Positions 1-12,609 of a stretch of 64,000 nt of DNA are shown here, in pieces. How positions within the stretch are numbered: the first letter of the stretch is position 1; every line of letters begins with the position of its first letter. Location of the stretch: NCBI GenBank assembly GCA_025594325.1, contig JANHCV010000005.1:1302001-1366000 (forward strand), read 5' to 3'. This stretch comes from Blastocladiella emersonii ATCC 22665 (lineage: Eukaryota; Fungi; Blastocladiomycota). A program made the translations under genes and the position numbers. The notes under the pieces were generated by a model. It was given only the letters and a program-made list of their open reading frames with translations, made no database searches and was not told the origin of the DNA.

Positions 1-1598
1 CCGCCGGCGGGACACTCGGGCAGCCCGATTGTCCGCGCGGCGGTCCCGTTGAGGTTGAGCGCCGACGGGAACACGGCCTTGGCGAGCGTATCCGAGAGGA
101 ACCGGAACGCGACGGCCGACAGCCACACGGCGAGCGCGGGTCCGAGGACGGCGAGGAGCAGGAGCAGCGGCGTGCCGCGCACCATGACCTTGGTCGACTT
201 GCGCACCAGCGCCTCGAGCTGCATGAGCCACGCGACTATCGGGTTGTTGATCAGCGGCGGCGGCTTGTACTGGACCAGCGACTTGCGCGCCTGCGACCGC
301 GTCGGCCGACGGATGCTGCGCGACACGAGGCCGGCCGCGTGCAGGCTCGCGCGGAGCGAGCTGAGCGCCGCGGCGGCGGCAGTCGAGGGCGACCGGCGAT
401 GACCCGGCCGCTCGCCGGGCGGACGCAGCGTCGGCGCGGGCTCGCCCGTTGTGCCAGCGGCGGCGGCGGCGGTGAAGTCGCCGTTGGGCTGGCTGCCGGT
501 ACGCGAGTGCAGTCCGCCGGCGATGGACCCGGGGACCCAGTTCGCCCATCGGCGGCGGCCACTCGCGGACCGCGTCCGCGCGGGGTCGTCGGGGAACAGC
601 CGCTGCGGCGGCGCCGATGCCGCCGCGTTCGCGGCCGCGGCCTCCTTGGCCATGGGGTCCTGGAGCAGCGCCGCATAGTCCCTACCGCCATCCTCTGTAG
701 CCGCGGCCTGCGGCCACGCGGGCGTGCCGAGCGACGTGAGCATGCGCGGCCGCATCCGCGGCGGGTGCAGCTCGGCGGCGCGCGGCGGCGAGGCCAGGGC
801 GTCGCTGTCGGACCCGTGCACGGCGGGCCGCATTGGGCTCGTGTTCTCGGCGCGCAGTTGGGCGGAGGGCGAGAAGACGTCGCGGATCGAGCGCATGGCA
901 GCGGACGGCGGGGCCCACGACCGCGAGTGCGCGTGGTTCCCGCGCGGGGTCGCGGGGCGCAGCGCGTCGGGCGTTTTTGGTGGTGGTGGTGGCGCGGCGG
1001 CGGTGGTGGCGGTGGGTTGAGGAGGGGGCGTGGAGGAGGAGGGGGCGGCGAACTCGTCGGGATCGACGAGCGCCGAGCGCACGATCTGCGGCTGACTGCC
1101 GCCAACAGCGCGCGAGGCGGCGGATGAGACCGACGCGGCGGACGGGGCGGGCTCGCGGCTGATGTACGACGGCGGGCTGCCGGAGTGCTCGGTGCGGGCG
1201 GACCCGGACAGCGAGCCGGCAGCACCCACAGTCGACCGCGCGGGGCTCTGGTGGTGGTGAGACAGGAGGATCTCGGGGAGCGACGCCTGCGGGCGCGGCC
1301 CGCTGCTGCGCGCCGGCGAGTGCGTCGCGGAGAGCGGGAGCGGCGACGGGCGGGTATAGGGCGACTCGTGCGCGTGGCGCGGCGAGAGGGGCGACTCGGG
1401 GACCGCCGGGAGTGCGGCAGGGGCGGCGGGATCGCGTAGGGCGCTGGCGAGGTCAATGTACAGCAGGCCGCCGTGGCCGCCGGTGGCGGCGCTGCGCTGC
1501 GAGCGCGACGTGCTGGTGGCGGACGTCGCGTCGTCGCTGTGGTAGGCGCGGTGGCGCGACGTCGGCGTCGACGGGGGGTGTGGTGGTTGTGGGTCCAT
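1..1598 (-). CDS. ABCA-type ABC transporter, N-terminal part (runs off the window start)
   Basis: Open frame from ATG at 1598 (MDPQPPHPPST...) to the window edge, absent from the ORF track. After a long low-complexity stretch it reads WLMQLEALVRKSTKVMVRGTPLLLLLAVLGPALAVWLS, resembling the ABCA N-terminal Q-L-x-x-L-x-x-K...R...P + TM1 motif, then a putative ectodomain (LPECPAG). Confidence 0.6.
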   Translation of the reverse strand, partial: MDPQPPHPPSTPTSRHRAYHSDDATSATSTSRSQRSAATGGHGGLLYIDLASALRDPAAPAALPAVPESPLSPRHAHESPYTRPSPLPLSATHSPARSSGPRPQASLPEILLSHHHQSPARSTVGAAGSLSGSARTEHSGSPPSYISREPAPSAASVSSAASRAVGGSQPQIVRSALVDPDEFAAPSSSTPPPQPTATTAAAPPPPPKTPDALRPATPRGNHAHSRSWAPPSAAMRSIRDVFSPSAQLRAENTSPMRPAVHGSDSDALASPPRAAELHPPRMRPRMLTSLGTPAWPQAAATEDGGRDYAALLQDPMAKEAAAANAAASAPPQRLFPDDPARTRSASGRRRWANWVPGSIAGGLHSRTGSQPNGDFTAAAAAGTTGEPAPTLRPPGERPGHRRSPSTAAAAALSSLRASLHAAGLVSRSIRRPTRSQARKSLVQYKPPPLINNPIVAWLMQLEALVRKSTKVMVRGTPLLLLLAVLGPALAVWLSAVAFRFLSDTLAKAVFPSALNLNGTAARTIGLPECPAG

Positions 1599-2556
1599 GG
1601 TTTGGACTAGACGCGCAGGTTCGGGAGGTGAGTTACCGCGCAGGTGGTGCACGTCCGGCGGCGAAGCGTACATGAGGGTATGGGTAGGAGATATGTGAGG
1701 AGGTGCAGGTCGCAGCAGCAGCAGCAGGGCTGGGTATGCGTCAGGTCGCCGTCAGGTCGTCGTCGTGTCGGTCAAGTCTGTGGTTGCATAGCGCGATCTA
1801 GTCAGAACAGGTTCGGGGAGAGGGCAGCGGGAGACGCAGACGCCACCGAAGAGAGTCGTCGAGTGAGGTTACGCTACGCCAAGAGCGTGGTGGTGGGTGG
1901 CGACGCGGCGGTCCGCAGCAGTCCGGGTGTTGACACACACGCGCGCGCGGCGGGATGGTTCGAGAGTTTCGATGCCGAAGGGCGTGCGGGCGGCGCGTCC
2001 GTTGCAGCGAGTGGGGTCGGCCAGGCTCACGTCGTCGTGCCGGCGATTAAAGATACATGGGGGGTGGCGGGGGTCGGTCGCCGGTGGCTGCTCGGCGAGA
2101 GAGGGAGAGAGAAAAGCGCGTTCGGCACCAATCAGGCAGGTCGCGTCGGTCACCCGCCCCGCCTGCTCCGCCGGCTGCGCCTCGCCCCTGAACGACGCGT
2201 CGCTGCCGTGCTTCGTCTCCTCTCCTCTCGTGTCTCCGTCGGTGCGCGCGCGGCACGCCACCGGCCCCCTAAAAAGAGCCACATGGCTTTCGCCGGATCG
2301 CGATCGCGGAACCGACCGAGGGTGCGGGGGAGACAAAGTGGCGCGGGCTAAGGGTGACGCGTCGCTCACGCCCGTGTGACTGCGGCGTGACCGCGTCTCG
2401 CAGATGTCTCTCGAATCTTCTCGCGCAACAGCCGCCAATCATATGCGAAGGAGGAAAATATCTCTTGTTGTCACAGGTTGGATGCACGGGTGGGGTAATG
2501 GTGACGGGGGGGGGGGGGTGGGTGGTACAGCGACACGGCAACAGCAGCAAAACTTT

Positions 2557-3951
2557 TCAAGCGTCGTCGAGGTCCATGGACTCGACGTCGTGCGTGACCG
2601 CGTCCATGGTGGGCGACGACGCCTGGCCGCGGATGATCACGGGCGACGACGACATTCGGAGCCGGTCGTTGTCATCGTCATCATCACTCGACGCATCGTC
2701 ATCCTCGGCCTCGATAATGATGGGCTCGTACAGCGGCGCCGTGACCATAGCCGCGTCGTCGTGCCAGTCGTCGGGCAGCTCCTCGATGCGGCCGAGGATC
2801 GCGTCGCCACTGCCGTCGAGTCCCATCGCGCGCTCGCTACCGGCACCGCCGACGGACGGCGACACGGCAGCCATGAGCAGGCGGGCCGGAATAGGCAGGC
2901 CCTGGGCGACGCTGCGCGCGAGCTGGGCCATGGCGACGGGCGACTCGAGCACGTGGCGCGGAATCCGGTCGCCGAACCGCTCGTGCAGCGAGTCGAGCAC
3001 GTCCGCGTCAATCTCGAACCCGCCCGCCCGCACCACGGGACGGAACGGCGTCAGCTGCATGTTGCTCGCGTCGTCGGTGGTGGGGGATGAAGAGGACGCG
3101 TGCGAGCGCAGGCGGCGCTTGATGGGCGGCGACGTGGCGCGGCGGGACCGAGGTGCGGGCGCGGCACCGACCACGTCCATGTCTGACACCGACGAGGCCG
3201 AGTCGGCGTCGCTCCCGTCGTCGTGATGGTGGTGATGGTGGTGGAACTGCGCCGCGAGCGGGCCGTGACGCGATGCGCGACGGCCACCGGCGGGCGGGAC
3301 GATGCGGCGCTGCTTGGCCACGGGCGGCGAGCACACCTTCTCCTCCTCCTCGTCACCGCCCGTCGTGTCCATGTCCTCGACGGGCGTCGTGGGCGCGTCG
3401 CTCACCTCGAGCTCGGCGGCCTCGGCCGTGCGCTTGCCCGGGCGCGGCGGCGAGTCGGGGCGCGCGCGGCTCGCCGACAGGCGCAGGTTGGCGAAGTTGG
3501 CCATGACCACGTCCTCGGTCGCCTGGCGCTTCTTGGACCGCTGCGGCCGCGCGGTTCTCGTCGGTTCGGGTTCGGGCTCCTCGTCCTCGTCGGCGCTCAT
3601 CGCGCGCTTGAGCGCCGGGTGCGCGGTCGCCGACGCGAGCGGGGCCGTCGGGTACCCGCCGTACGGCGACCACGGCGCCGTGAAGGGCGACGCCGAGCTG
3701 GCCGGGGACGGGTAGAAGCGCGCGGGGCCGGTCGCGCCGAACGATGAGGAGGACAATGGGGTGGTGCTGGGGGTCGATCGGAAGATGCGCGATGGAGGCG
3801 ACGCGGGCGATGGGGCCGCGGAGGCGGCAGCTGGACCCGAGGACGCAGCACGATGAGCGGGGTGGTGGTGGTGCATGGCGGAGGTGCTGGTCGGCATGAT
3901 GTGGATGCGGGACGGCGGCGCGGATGGCGGCGGGCACACCAGCGCTGACAT
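2557..3951 (-). CDS. Hypothetical low-complexity (Pro/Ser/Asp-rich) protein, 464 aa
   Basis: ATG-to-stop ORF with host-like G/C third positions, basic clusters (KKRQ, KRRLR) and an acidic C-terminus; no family recognised. Confidence 0.6.
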   Translation of the reverse strand: MSALVCPPPSAPPSRIHIMPTSTSAMHHHHPAHRAASSGPAAASAAPSPASPPSRIFRSTPSTTPLSSSSFGATGPARFYPSPASSASPFTAPWSPYGGYPTAPLASATAHPALKRAMSADEDEEPEPEPTRTARPQRSKKRQATEDVVMANFANLRLSASRARPDSPPRPGKRTAEAAELEVSDAPTTPVEDMDTTGGDEEEEKVCSPPVAKQRRIVPPAGGRRASRHGPLAAQFHHHHHHHDDGSDADSASSVSDMDVVGAAPAPRSRRATSPPIKRRLRSHASSSSPTTDDASNMQLTPFRPVVRAGGFEIDADVLDSLHERFGDRIPRHVLESPVAMAQLARSVAQGLPIPARLLMAAVSPSVGGAGSERAMGLDGSGDAILGRIEELPDDWHDDAAMVTAPLYEPIIIEAEDDDASSDDDDDNDRLRMSSSPVIIRGQASSPTMDAVTHDVESMDLDDA

Positions 3952-4391
3952 GGTTTAGCGTTGATTCGTCGCGATGCGGGAGAGAGAGGAGGGCGGATCG
4001 AGCCCGCGAGACGGGGGATCGCCGGCCATTTGAGGGAGGCCTGCACTGCGATGGGCCATGCGGACACCCGGCCACGGCCAGCGATGGCCTGAAACGAAGC
4101 GCAGTCGGAAGCCCGCGGAACTGGCGCAGCAGCGAAGGCCCGCGAACGAACGCGCTTGACCTCGAGGTCACGCGCCGCCATCGCAATGCGCCACCATCGC
4201 CACCCCGATGGGCGCAATGGATGGCTCGCGTGGGCCCGCGTGACCGAGCTCGAGGCGACGCGTCAGTCTTTTTTTCTTGCTCGCTCGCCCGCTGCCGTGC
4301 TCGCGTCGGTCATGTCGAGCCCCCGCAGCCGCCGAGACGACGGCGACGCCATCCGCGCGACCACACACACTCTGCAACGCAATCGACCATC

Positions 4392-5741
4392 ATGGATGAG
4401 ATCGGCATCGTGAGCTCGCCCGTACGTCGTCGGCCGACGCACCACATCCACGACTACAACGGACTCACACACCGAGCCCACGTAGACGGCGGCGACGCAC
4501 AAGACCGAGCTGCACGGGCTCGCCGAGTCGGACCTGTACACCAAGCTCAAGAAGCTCGAGCGCCACCTCGAGTTCCTCGAGCTGCAGGAAGAGTACATCA
4601 AGGACGAGCAGAAGAACCTCAAGCGCGAGCTGCTGCGCGCGCAGGAGGAGGTGAAGCGCATCCAGTCCGTCCCCCTCGTCATTGGCCAGTTCCTCGAGGC
4701 CATTGACGCCAACACGGGCATCGTCGGCTCCACCACGGGCTCCAACTACCTGGTCCGCATCCTGTCGACCATCGACCGCGAGCTGCTCAAGCCCTCGACC
4801 ACGGTCGCCCTGCACCGCCACTCGAACGCGCTCGTCGAGGTGCTCCCGCCCGAGGCCGACTCGTCCATCCAGATGCTCCAGGCCACCGAGAAGCCTGACG
4901 TCAGCTACTCGGACGTCGGCGGCCTCGACATGCAGAAGCAGGAGATCCGCGAGGCCGTCGAGCTGCCCCTCACCCACTTTGACCTCTACCGCCAGATTGG
5001 CATCGACCCCCCGCGCGGCGTCCTGCTCTACGGGCCCCCTGGGACCGGCAAGACGATGGTGCGTCATCTGTGAAGCGCGGGTGATCCCGGAGCGGCAAAG
5101 CTGACCATCTTTCGCGCTCCATGTAGCTGGTCAAGGCGGTGGCGAACCACACGACGGCGGCCTTCATCCGCGTGGTCGGGTCCGAGTTTGTGCAGAAATA
5201 CCTGGGCGAGGGCCCGCGCATGGTGCGCGACGTGTTCCGCCTGGCGCGCGAGAACTCGCCGTGCATCATCTTCATTGACGAGGTGGACGCGATCGCAACC
5301 AAGCGGTTCGACGCGCAAACGGGCGCCGACCGCGAGGTGCAGCGCATCCTGCTCGAGCTGCTCAACCAGATGGACGGCTTCGACCAGACGTCCAACGTCA
5401 AGGTGATCATGGCCACCAACCGCGCCGACACCATCGACCCGGCGCTCCTCCGCCCCGGCCGCCTCGACCGCAAGGTCGAGTTCCCGACGCCCGACCGCCG
5501 CCAGAAGCGCCTCATCTTCCAGACCATCACGGCCAAGATGAACCTCGGCGACGAGGTCGACCTCGAGGACTTCGTCGCCCGCCCCGACAAGCTCTCGGGC
5601 GCCGAGATCGCCGCCATTTGCCAGGAGGCCGGCATGCACGCCGTGCGCAAGAACCGCTACGTGATCCTGTCCAAGGATATCGAGAAGGGGTACAAGGCCA
5701 ACGTCAAGAAGTCGGACAACGAGTTCGAGTTCTACAAGTAA
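4392..5741 (+). CDS. RPT3: 26S proteasome regulatory ATPase subunit 6B (Rpt3/PSMC4); exons 4392-4409, 4486-5058, 5127-5741
   Basis: [54 protein letters not shown], Walker A GPPGTGKT, Walker [24 protein letters not shown]; two GT-AG introns restore one frame. Confidence 0.97.
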
Positions 5742-5952
5742 TGGTGTCGCCGATGTGTGGTGGTTTGTGTGCGCGCGCGAAAATACACACGCGAAGATCA
5801 TGTTTCGAGCTCCAGCTCCGAGGTGAAAAAGTGCGTCGCAGTCAGGTGACCCCCTAGCAACGGCCCGCAAGTCAAAACCGCCCGCTCCCCCGCCTCCCCA
5901 TCCTCGCTCCCCCTCTTGGTCACCGCTGTGCTCGACTAAAAGTATTATCACC

Positions 5953-6324
5953 ATGTCCGCTTACGTCGCCAAGACCAACAAGCCCGGCTACGAGGAGACC
6001 GCCGCCGACGTCAAGGTGCACCGCATCCGCATCACCCTCTCGTCGCGCAACGTCAAGAACCTCGAGAAGGTGTGCGCCGACCTCGTCAAGCGCGCCAAGG
6101 ACAAGGAGCTCAAGGTCAAGGGCCCCGTCCGCCTCCCCACCAAGATGCTCGCCATCACCACCCGCAAGGCGCCCAACGGTGAGGGTTCCAAGACGTGGGA
6201 CCGTTTCGAGATGCGCATCCACAAGCGCCTCATCGACCTGATCTCGCCCTCGGAGATCGTCAAGCAGATCACTTCCATCTCGATCGAGCCCGGAGTTGAG
6301 GTCGAGGTCACCATCGCCAACTAA
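5953..6324 (+). CDS. RPS20: 40S ribosomal protein uS10 (S20)
   Basis: [22 protein letters not shown]...[38 protein letters not shown]...[12 protein letters not shown]. Confidence 0.98.
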   Translation: MSAYVAKTNKPGYEETAADVKVHRIRITLSSRNVKNLEKVCADLVKRAKDKELKVKGPVRLPTKMLAITTRKAPNGEGSKTWDRFEMRIHKRLIDLISPSEIVKQITSISIEPGVEVEVTIAN

Positions 6325-6808
6325 GGTTTTCGTCGTCGTTCTTCCCTCCTCGTCACCGGCAGCTGCTGGCAACGCAGTTCGTCCCGGACCGGCTCCCGTG
6401 TGGACCCCCCGTGGACAGTTCGCGCGGTCCTATGTGGGCCAGAATATAACTCGTCGCCGGCTTGGCACGCTTGTTTCGTCATCAATCTGTTTTCTGGAGT
6501 GTGAGTGAGGTGAAAGTGAAGTTGCGTCGCGGTAACGTGGCGTCACTGGACGCGGATCCACGAGGCTGAACGAGTCGCGTTTTTTTGAAAGTCGCGTCAC
6601 CGCGCCGCAGTTGCTCCCCGTCAGCGAACCCATGCATCTTGATCGTTAATCGGCCACCACCACCATCACTGGCCGCAACGTACCCGCCCGTCATGCTCGC
6701 TCTCAGGTTCTCCGAGTGGGACGAGGATGAGCGGAGCCGAGCGTACGGTCTTCCCTCACAAAACCGTCAAGTTCGCGCTCACACCACCCCACCTCTAGCC
6801 GAGCCCTC

Positions 6809-9800
6809 ATGGCTGCGACGACCGGCACGCCCGCCATGTGGACCGAGCGCGCCGAGGGCGCCATCGCCACCATGATCGCGTCATACGTGACGGCGCGCCC
6901 GCACCCGATCCCGCACACGGCGCTCGTCGACATCCTGTTCGACACGTACGAGTCGCTGCGCGGCGACGTGCAACCCGACGTGCTCGCACGCACGCTCGCC
7001 AACGAGCGCAAGTCGGCGACCGCGGCTGATGCCGACGCCATGGATGTGGACGGCGGACTCGCCGCGGCGCTCGGCCAGGTCGCGAACGCGCGCGAGCAGC
7101 TCGAGAACGTCAACGCGTGCATCGAGATGATCGTCCACGCGATCGCCGTCTACGATAACCCCGTCACGCTCGCTGACGAGGAGACCAAGGCGCGCGTCAG
7201 CCGGCTCGTGCAGGCGCTCAAGGTGCGCTTTTCTTCTCACTGACATCGCGGATTAGGCAACTCACGGCGCCTCGCACCGAGTGTAGGAGTCGACGTGGTA
7301 CCCGACCAGCATGCTCGCCGAGCACCTCTCGCTCGAGCTCCTCGACGCGGCCTCGGTGGTCCTGCTGGTGGGCGCGCAGCGGCACCTGTCGCTGCAGCGC
7401 ACCAAGACCATCTACACGCTGCCGCTCTACTCGCTCGCGCTCGAGGAGCCCGAGGGCTTCATGAACCTCATGGTCGTCATCGCCGACACGGTGCAGGCCG
7501 CGCTCCCCGCGACTGCGACGCCCGACTCGCCGCTCGTCGTCGAGGCCGCCGACGGGCTGTGGGACAAGCTCGACGCCATCATGGTCACGCACCTGCTGTC
7601 GCGCGAGCGCGTCGTCGAGACCCTGCTCCGCGCGTTCGCTGTGCACCTCACGACGCACTGGCCGCTCTTCATCGCCGTCTTCCACCGCTTCTCCCTGAAG
7701 CACCTGTCGTCCGTCGCCGGCGCCACGTACCTGTTCGTCGCCGACCCGGCGCCCGGCATCCCCGAACCCGCCGCGACCGTCGAGGACCTCGACCAGTTCC
7801 GCACCGACTCGCTCACCACGCAGGGCGACACGTACCTCAGCCGGCTCGACCAGACGCTCGCGTCGTACCGCGACGATATCCCCTTCTTCATCAACGCCGC
7901 CTCCGCGTCCGCGGTCCCGTCCACGCGCACGCGGAACGCGCCCGAGGTCGCGCGCGACCGCAACCTCGCCGAAACCTTCATCGACCGCGCCACGCGGAAC
8001 TCGACGCCGCTGCTCCGCAACCTCGCCATCGCGCTCGCCCTGCTCGTCAAGCACGACGCGATTGTCCTCGAGGACGTGCTCGCGCATTTCGTCGACGAGA
8101 ACCCCGACGGCGTCTCGTTCGCGTCCGTCGTCGCGCCGCCCGTCCTCGAGACCCGGCCCGTCCAGGACGCGCCGACCGACGAGCTGCTCAAGCCCGCGAT
8201 GCAGAAGGCGAAACCCAGCGCACCTCCTGTCGTCGTGGACGGCGAGGTCGAGGCCGCGGCAAAAGCCCGCGCCGACCGCGTCGCCGCAGCCACGCCCGCC
8301 GTCAAGCGCAACGTGTCGCTCCTCGCCATGCTGTTCACGGCGCAGCTCGCCGTCGGCGACTACGCCAACGCGCTCCGCGGCATGGCGCGGTACCCGGAAG
8401 TGGACTGGATCCACGGGTTCCCGCCCATCGCCAAGCAGCTGCTCCGGCTCGTCGGCTTCGTGCTTGGCGACACGCCGCTGGCGCCCGAGCAGCAGCTGGG
8501 CGAGTGTGATGACGAGGAGGCGACCGAGCGCCAGCTGCGCCACCTCGTGCCCGTCATCTACACCAAGGCGTACCCCGGCCGCCAGCGCTTCTTCTACGGC
8601 GCGTGGGCGCGCGACCTGCCGCGCGGCGACGTCAAGTTCGCCCTCGAGCTGCTCGAGCGCGCGCCGCAGCTCCTGTACCTGCGCCCGGCGGCCGCGCTGC
8701 GTCTCGCCGACGCGTGCGACGGGGCCACCGGCGGGTTGCGACTCCCCGCGGGCGTCCCCGTCGTCGCGGTCCTGAAAAAGTACCTCCTGCCCGCGCTCAT
8801 GCTGTCGCAGCCGCCGCCGCCCGCGCTCGGGGCGCGGGTCTGGGCGCTCGTCAAGGCGTGGCCCGCGACGCAGCGGTACCTCCTGTACCGGTCCATCACC
8901 ACCGAGCTGTACACGACGGGCCCGCTGCTCCCGCTCGTCCACGCGCACGTCGAGGCCACGACGCGGTTCTGGATGAAGCGCATCTCGAAAGACGTGGTGC
9001 GCACCTACTCGCGCAAGCTGTGCAAGCTCGCGCACGCCAACCCGGTGCCCGTGCTCGCGCGCATCGTCGCCACCGTCATGGCGTACGATAACCTGTCGGG
9101 CCCGCTCCTCGAGTGTCTCCGGTACCTCGACCCGCTCGCCATGGACGTGCTCATGTACACGTTCCTCGGGATGCTCGCCAACCCGGCCGCGGGCAATGTC
9201 GCGGTCGCCGACGGGTCGCGCGGCGCCGTCATGCTGTGCCGCATGCCCATCGGGTTCGCCCTCAAGGACGACGGGCAGAACCTCGACGGCTGGCTCGGCA
9301 ACACGGCGCGGTTCCTCGCCGCGTGGCTCGCGCAGTACCCGGGCACCGATTTCGCGCCCCTCCTCGCGTTCCTCGACCACCAGGCCGCGACCCCCACCGG
9401 CGGCGCCCTCGGCACCGCGTCCGCGTTCGGGCTCGCCGACGCGCAGCTCCTGTCGGACCTCGTCGACCACATGGCCGGGATCCAGCCGGTCCAGGACCTG
9501 TCGGGCGCGCAGGTCCGCGCGCTCGAGTCGCACGACTGCGTCGCGAAACGCGTCATGACCGCGGGCATCGTCGCGTCCAGCGTCTTCGAGCACCACGCGC
9601 AGAAGGGCACCGACCCGTTCGAGGTCCGCCGCAAGTCGACCGCCGCCCTCGTCCGCTACCTCGCGGCCGACCGCGGCGCCTTGGCGGCTCGGTTCCTCGC
9701 CCACCTCCGTATCCTGCACGCGACGCTCGCCGAGCGGACCCGCGACTGGGCCGATTTTAGCGTCCCCGAAAAGGTCCACACCAACGACCTCCTCGTCGAG

Positions 9801-12407
9801 CTCCAGTGGAAGGACCGCGTCAAGTCGATCCTCGCCCAGTTCGCCACGTTCCTGCGCCTGTACGTCGTGCCCGAGGTCGCGCAGCGCGACGGCGAGGAGG
9901 CCGCGCGCGAGATTGGGACCGCGGCACGGTTCGCGCTCGCCCCGCCGCAGCGCAAGGGCGTGTTCTGGGATCTCCGCCACTACCACGTCGTGTTTGACGC
10001 GTCCGCGTACCTCCCCGAGGAGCAGGCCGCGCGTGACGTGCACCTCGCGGACTACACAGCCGCGGCCGCCAAGATCACGGCGGTTATCGACGAGGCCAAG
10101 GGCGAGATGGCGGCGGTTGCTGCGGCGGCTGCGGCTCAGGTCGAGGCCGAGGCTGCTGCGCGGGCGCAAGCCGACGCTGCTGCCAAGCTCGAGACGCCCG
10201 CCGCGGATCCGGTGGTCGCCACCGAGGCCGAGTCGGCGGCGGCGGATTCGAAGGTTGCCGTAGAGTCCGAGTCGGCCTCGGTCGCTGACGCGGACGCCAT
10301 GGAGGTCGATTCCATCGGCACCCCGACGACCGACGTGGACGCCGACGCTCTGGACGTGGCTGACCAGCCCAAGGAGGCGGCCGAAAAGCTCGCTGTCGCC
10401 GCCGACCCCGTCGAGACCAAACAAGCCGAAACCGAGACCACCCTGCCCGCTCCCGCCGCCGCCGAGCCCGCCGCGCCCGCGATCCCCGTCCTCGCAACGC
10501 GCCCGCGCTCAACGGTCCTCCCTTCGGCCGCGGACCTGCTGCAGCGCGCGGCCGAGTCGCCCGCCGACGCCGAGTACGCGTGCTACTGGGCGGCCAAGGT
10601 TGGTTCCGCGATTCTGTACGACGTTGCGACGCGCGTGTGGGCGCTGCGCGGCATGACCGAGGCCGAGGCCGCCAACGCGAGCGTCCTGATCGCGCGCGCG
10701 CTCGAGCTCCTGTACGCCGAGTCGGACGCGGCCGAGTCCGCGACCGAGGAGAAGCAGCAGGTCGCGCAGCTCGCGCTCGCGGCGCACAACGCCGTCGCCA
10801 CGTTCGTTACCGCGGTGCTCGGCAGCACGTACGAGGCCGATGACGACGAGGACGATATGGACGATTTCTTTGCACCCAAGTTGGACGACTCGGAGACCAA
10901 GAAGAAGGACGAGGCGCCCAAGCCGCCGCGCCCGTCGTGGTCCACGGGCCGCCCCGCCGACGTGTACCTGGTCCGCAACTCGCTGACGATGCTCAAGTCG
11001 CTGACCGCGGCGCGCGTGTTCCCCGCGCTGCACGCCGACGGCGACGCGGTCCTCGCGCACCTCGCGCGCCACCGCGACAACGAGGGGCTCCGCGTCATGG
11101 TCCTGGTCCTCGTCGGCGCCATCAACACGGTCAAGGCCCAGGGGTACCCGCTCGCCGCTAAGCTCGTCAAGGGGTACCGCCCGCCGACCCCGCCGCCCGC
11201 GCCCGCGCCGGCGCCCACTGAGAAGCGCGCGCCCGCGTCGGCGGCTCTGCCCGCCTCCGCTCGGCGTGATGCAGGGCGTGGCCGCGTGACGAGCGCCACG
11301 TCCGCCGCGCCGGCGACGTCGTCGCTCCGCCTCCCCGAGCGTCCGGGCGGCATGCGCGGTGGGTCCTCGGCCTCGTCGGGCACCGCATCGCTCCCCGCTG
11401 CCCCGCTACACTCTGGTACGCCGAGTCGCACTAGCAACAGCACCTCGTCGCCCGCGCTCAAGCCGACAGCGAGCACCAACCCGGGTCCCTCGTCGCTCTC
11501 GCTCACGACCGCCGCAACCGCCGCGGCCAAGGGCGACGACCTCCCCGCACTCTCCGCCGCCGACAAGGCGGCCGCGCTCGAGGAGGGCGAGACGCTCCCG
11601 CCGTCGCCCGAGTCGGGCGCCCCGACCGCGACCAAGGCCCCGTCGCTCGTCGCCGGCGTCGCCTCGGCCATGACGGCGGCCGCCGCGGCTGCCGCTGCGG
11701 ATACCGCGTCGGGGACGGGGTCGACCTCGGGCCGCCGCGGCCGCCGGGACCGCGAGCGCGGTGAACGGTCCGACCGCGACCGTGAACGCGAACGCGACCG
11801 GTCGGAACGCTCCGATCGGGACCGGGACCGCGAACGCGAGCGTGACCGGGAACGCGAGCGCGATCGTGAACGGGAGCGGGAACGGGAACGTGAACGAGAG
11901 CGCGACCGGGACCGCGAACGTGAGCGGGAACGCGAGCGGGAACGTGAACGCGATCGTGAACGCGAACGGGAGCGGGATCGCAGCAGCCGCAGCTCGCGCC
12001 GCCGCGGCGGGAGCAGCCGCGAGGACCAGGACACGTCCGCCGGCACCCCGACCTCCTCGTCCGCTGCCGCGCCATCGGGCGGCGACGAGTCCCTCTCGTC
12101 CAAGCTCTCGTCGCGCCTCAGCGCGCGGCTCGGCGGCGGCGAGTCGCCCGTGTCTGCGCCGACTTCTTCGGGTCGCCGTGGCCGCGGTCGCGACGACGAC
12201 GCCGCGCAGCAGCAGCCCGCGCTCAAGCGCGTCAAGCGCGACTCGAGTCCTCTGCGCACCGGCGGCGACCGTAGCCCGCGTGGGAGCGAGTCGGGCGGTG
12301 GCGGTGGCGGGTTCAGCGCGCGGATGACGGCGTCCGAGCCTGATGCGGCGCCGGCGGCCTCGGGGTCGTCATCGGCCGGGTCCGGGCGCCGTCGGCGGCG
12401 GCATTGA
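6809..12407 (+). CDS. THO2: THO complex subunit 2 (Tho2/THOC2); exons 6809-7222, 7287-12407
   Basis: FWMKRISKDVVRTYSRKLCKLAHANP...AYDNL..P..ECLRYL..L..DVL matches the Thoc2 core; the intron GTGCGC...GTGTAG joins the two ORFs in frame; C-terminal RE/RD-rich tail as in THOC2. Confidence 0.88.
11750..11985 (+). repeat. Degenerate hexamer repeat (GAACGC/GAGCGG/GACCGG) encoding an Arg-Glu/Arg-Asp dipeptide tract
   Basis: Reads RERERDRDRERERE... inside the THO2 frame; synonymous variation shows it is a coding repeat. Confidence 0.9.
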
Positions 12408-12508
12408 TGGGTTTGTGCGTGATCGATGGATGTAACGATCTTTTGCTTTGTATCTTGCTCGATTGTGCGAAAGCGGGGTGTGTGAGGGGACGAATGATCG
12501 CGCCGCGA

Positions 12509-12529
12509 GACGCGTCGATCAATCATGTG
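12509..12529 (+). promoter_or_regulatory. Candidate composite promoter element GACGCG-N7-ATCATGTG
   Basis: 81 bp upstream of the ATG at 12610; same spacing recurs at 13937, 14791, 26689(-), 37036(-) and 40810. Confidence 0.5.
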
Positions 12530-12609
12530 GCGCGAAAGCTTTGAAAACGACGTGTCGACAGGCCGCCGTTGCCTCCAGCGAACATGTATGAAACCAATGA
12601 ATCGCTAAC

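Noticed and set aside
11750-11985. CRISPR-like or satellite array
   Set aside because: In-frame RE/RD coding repeat of THO2 with no constant repeat and unique spacer structure.
7218-12526. Very long antisense ORFs (7218-10424, 1068 aa; 10583-12526, 647 aa) opposite THO2
   Set aside because: Shadow ORFs caused by G/C-ending codon bias on the sense strand; Arg/Gly-rich nonsense translations with no motifs.
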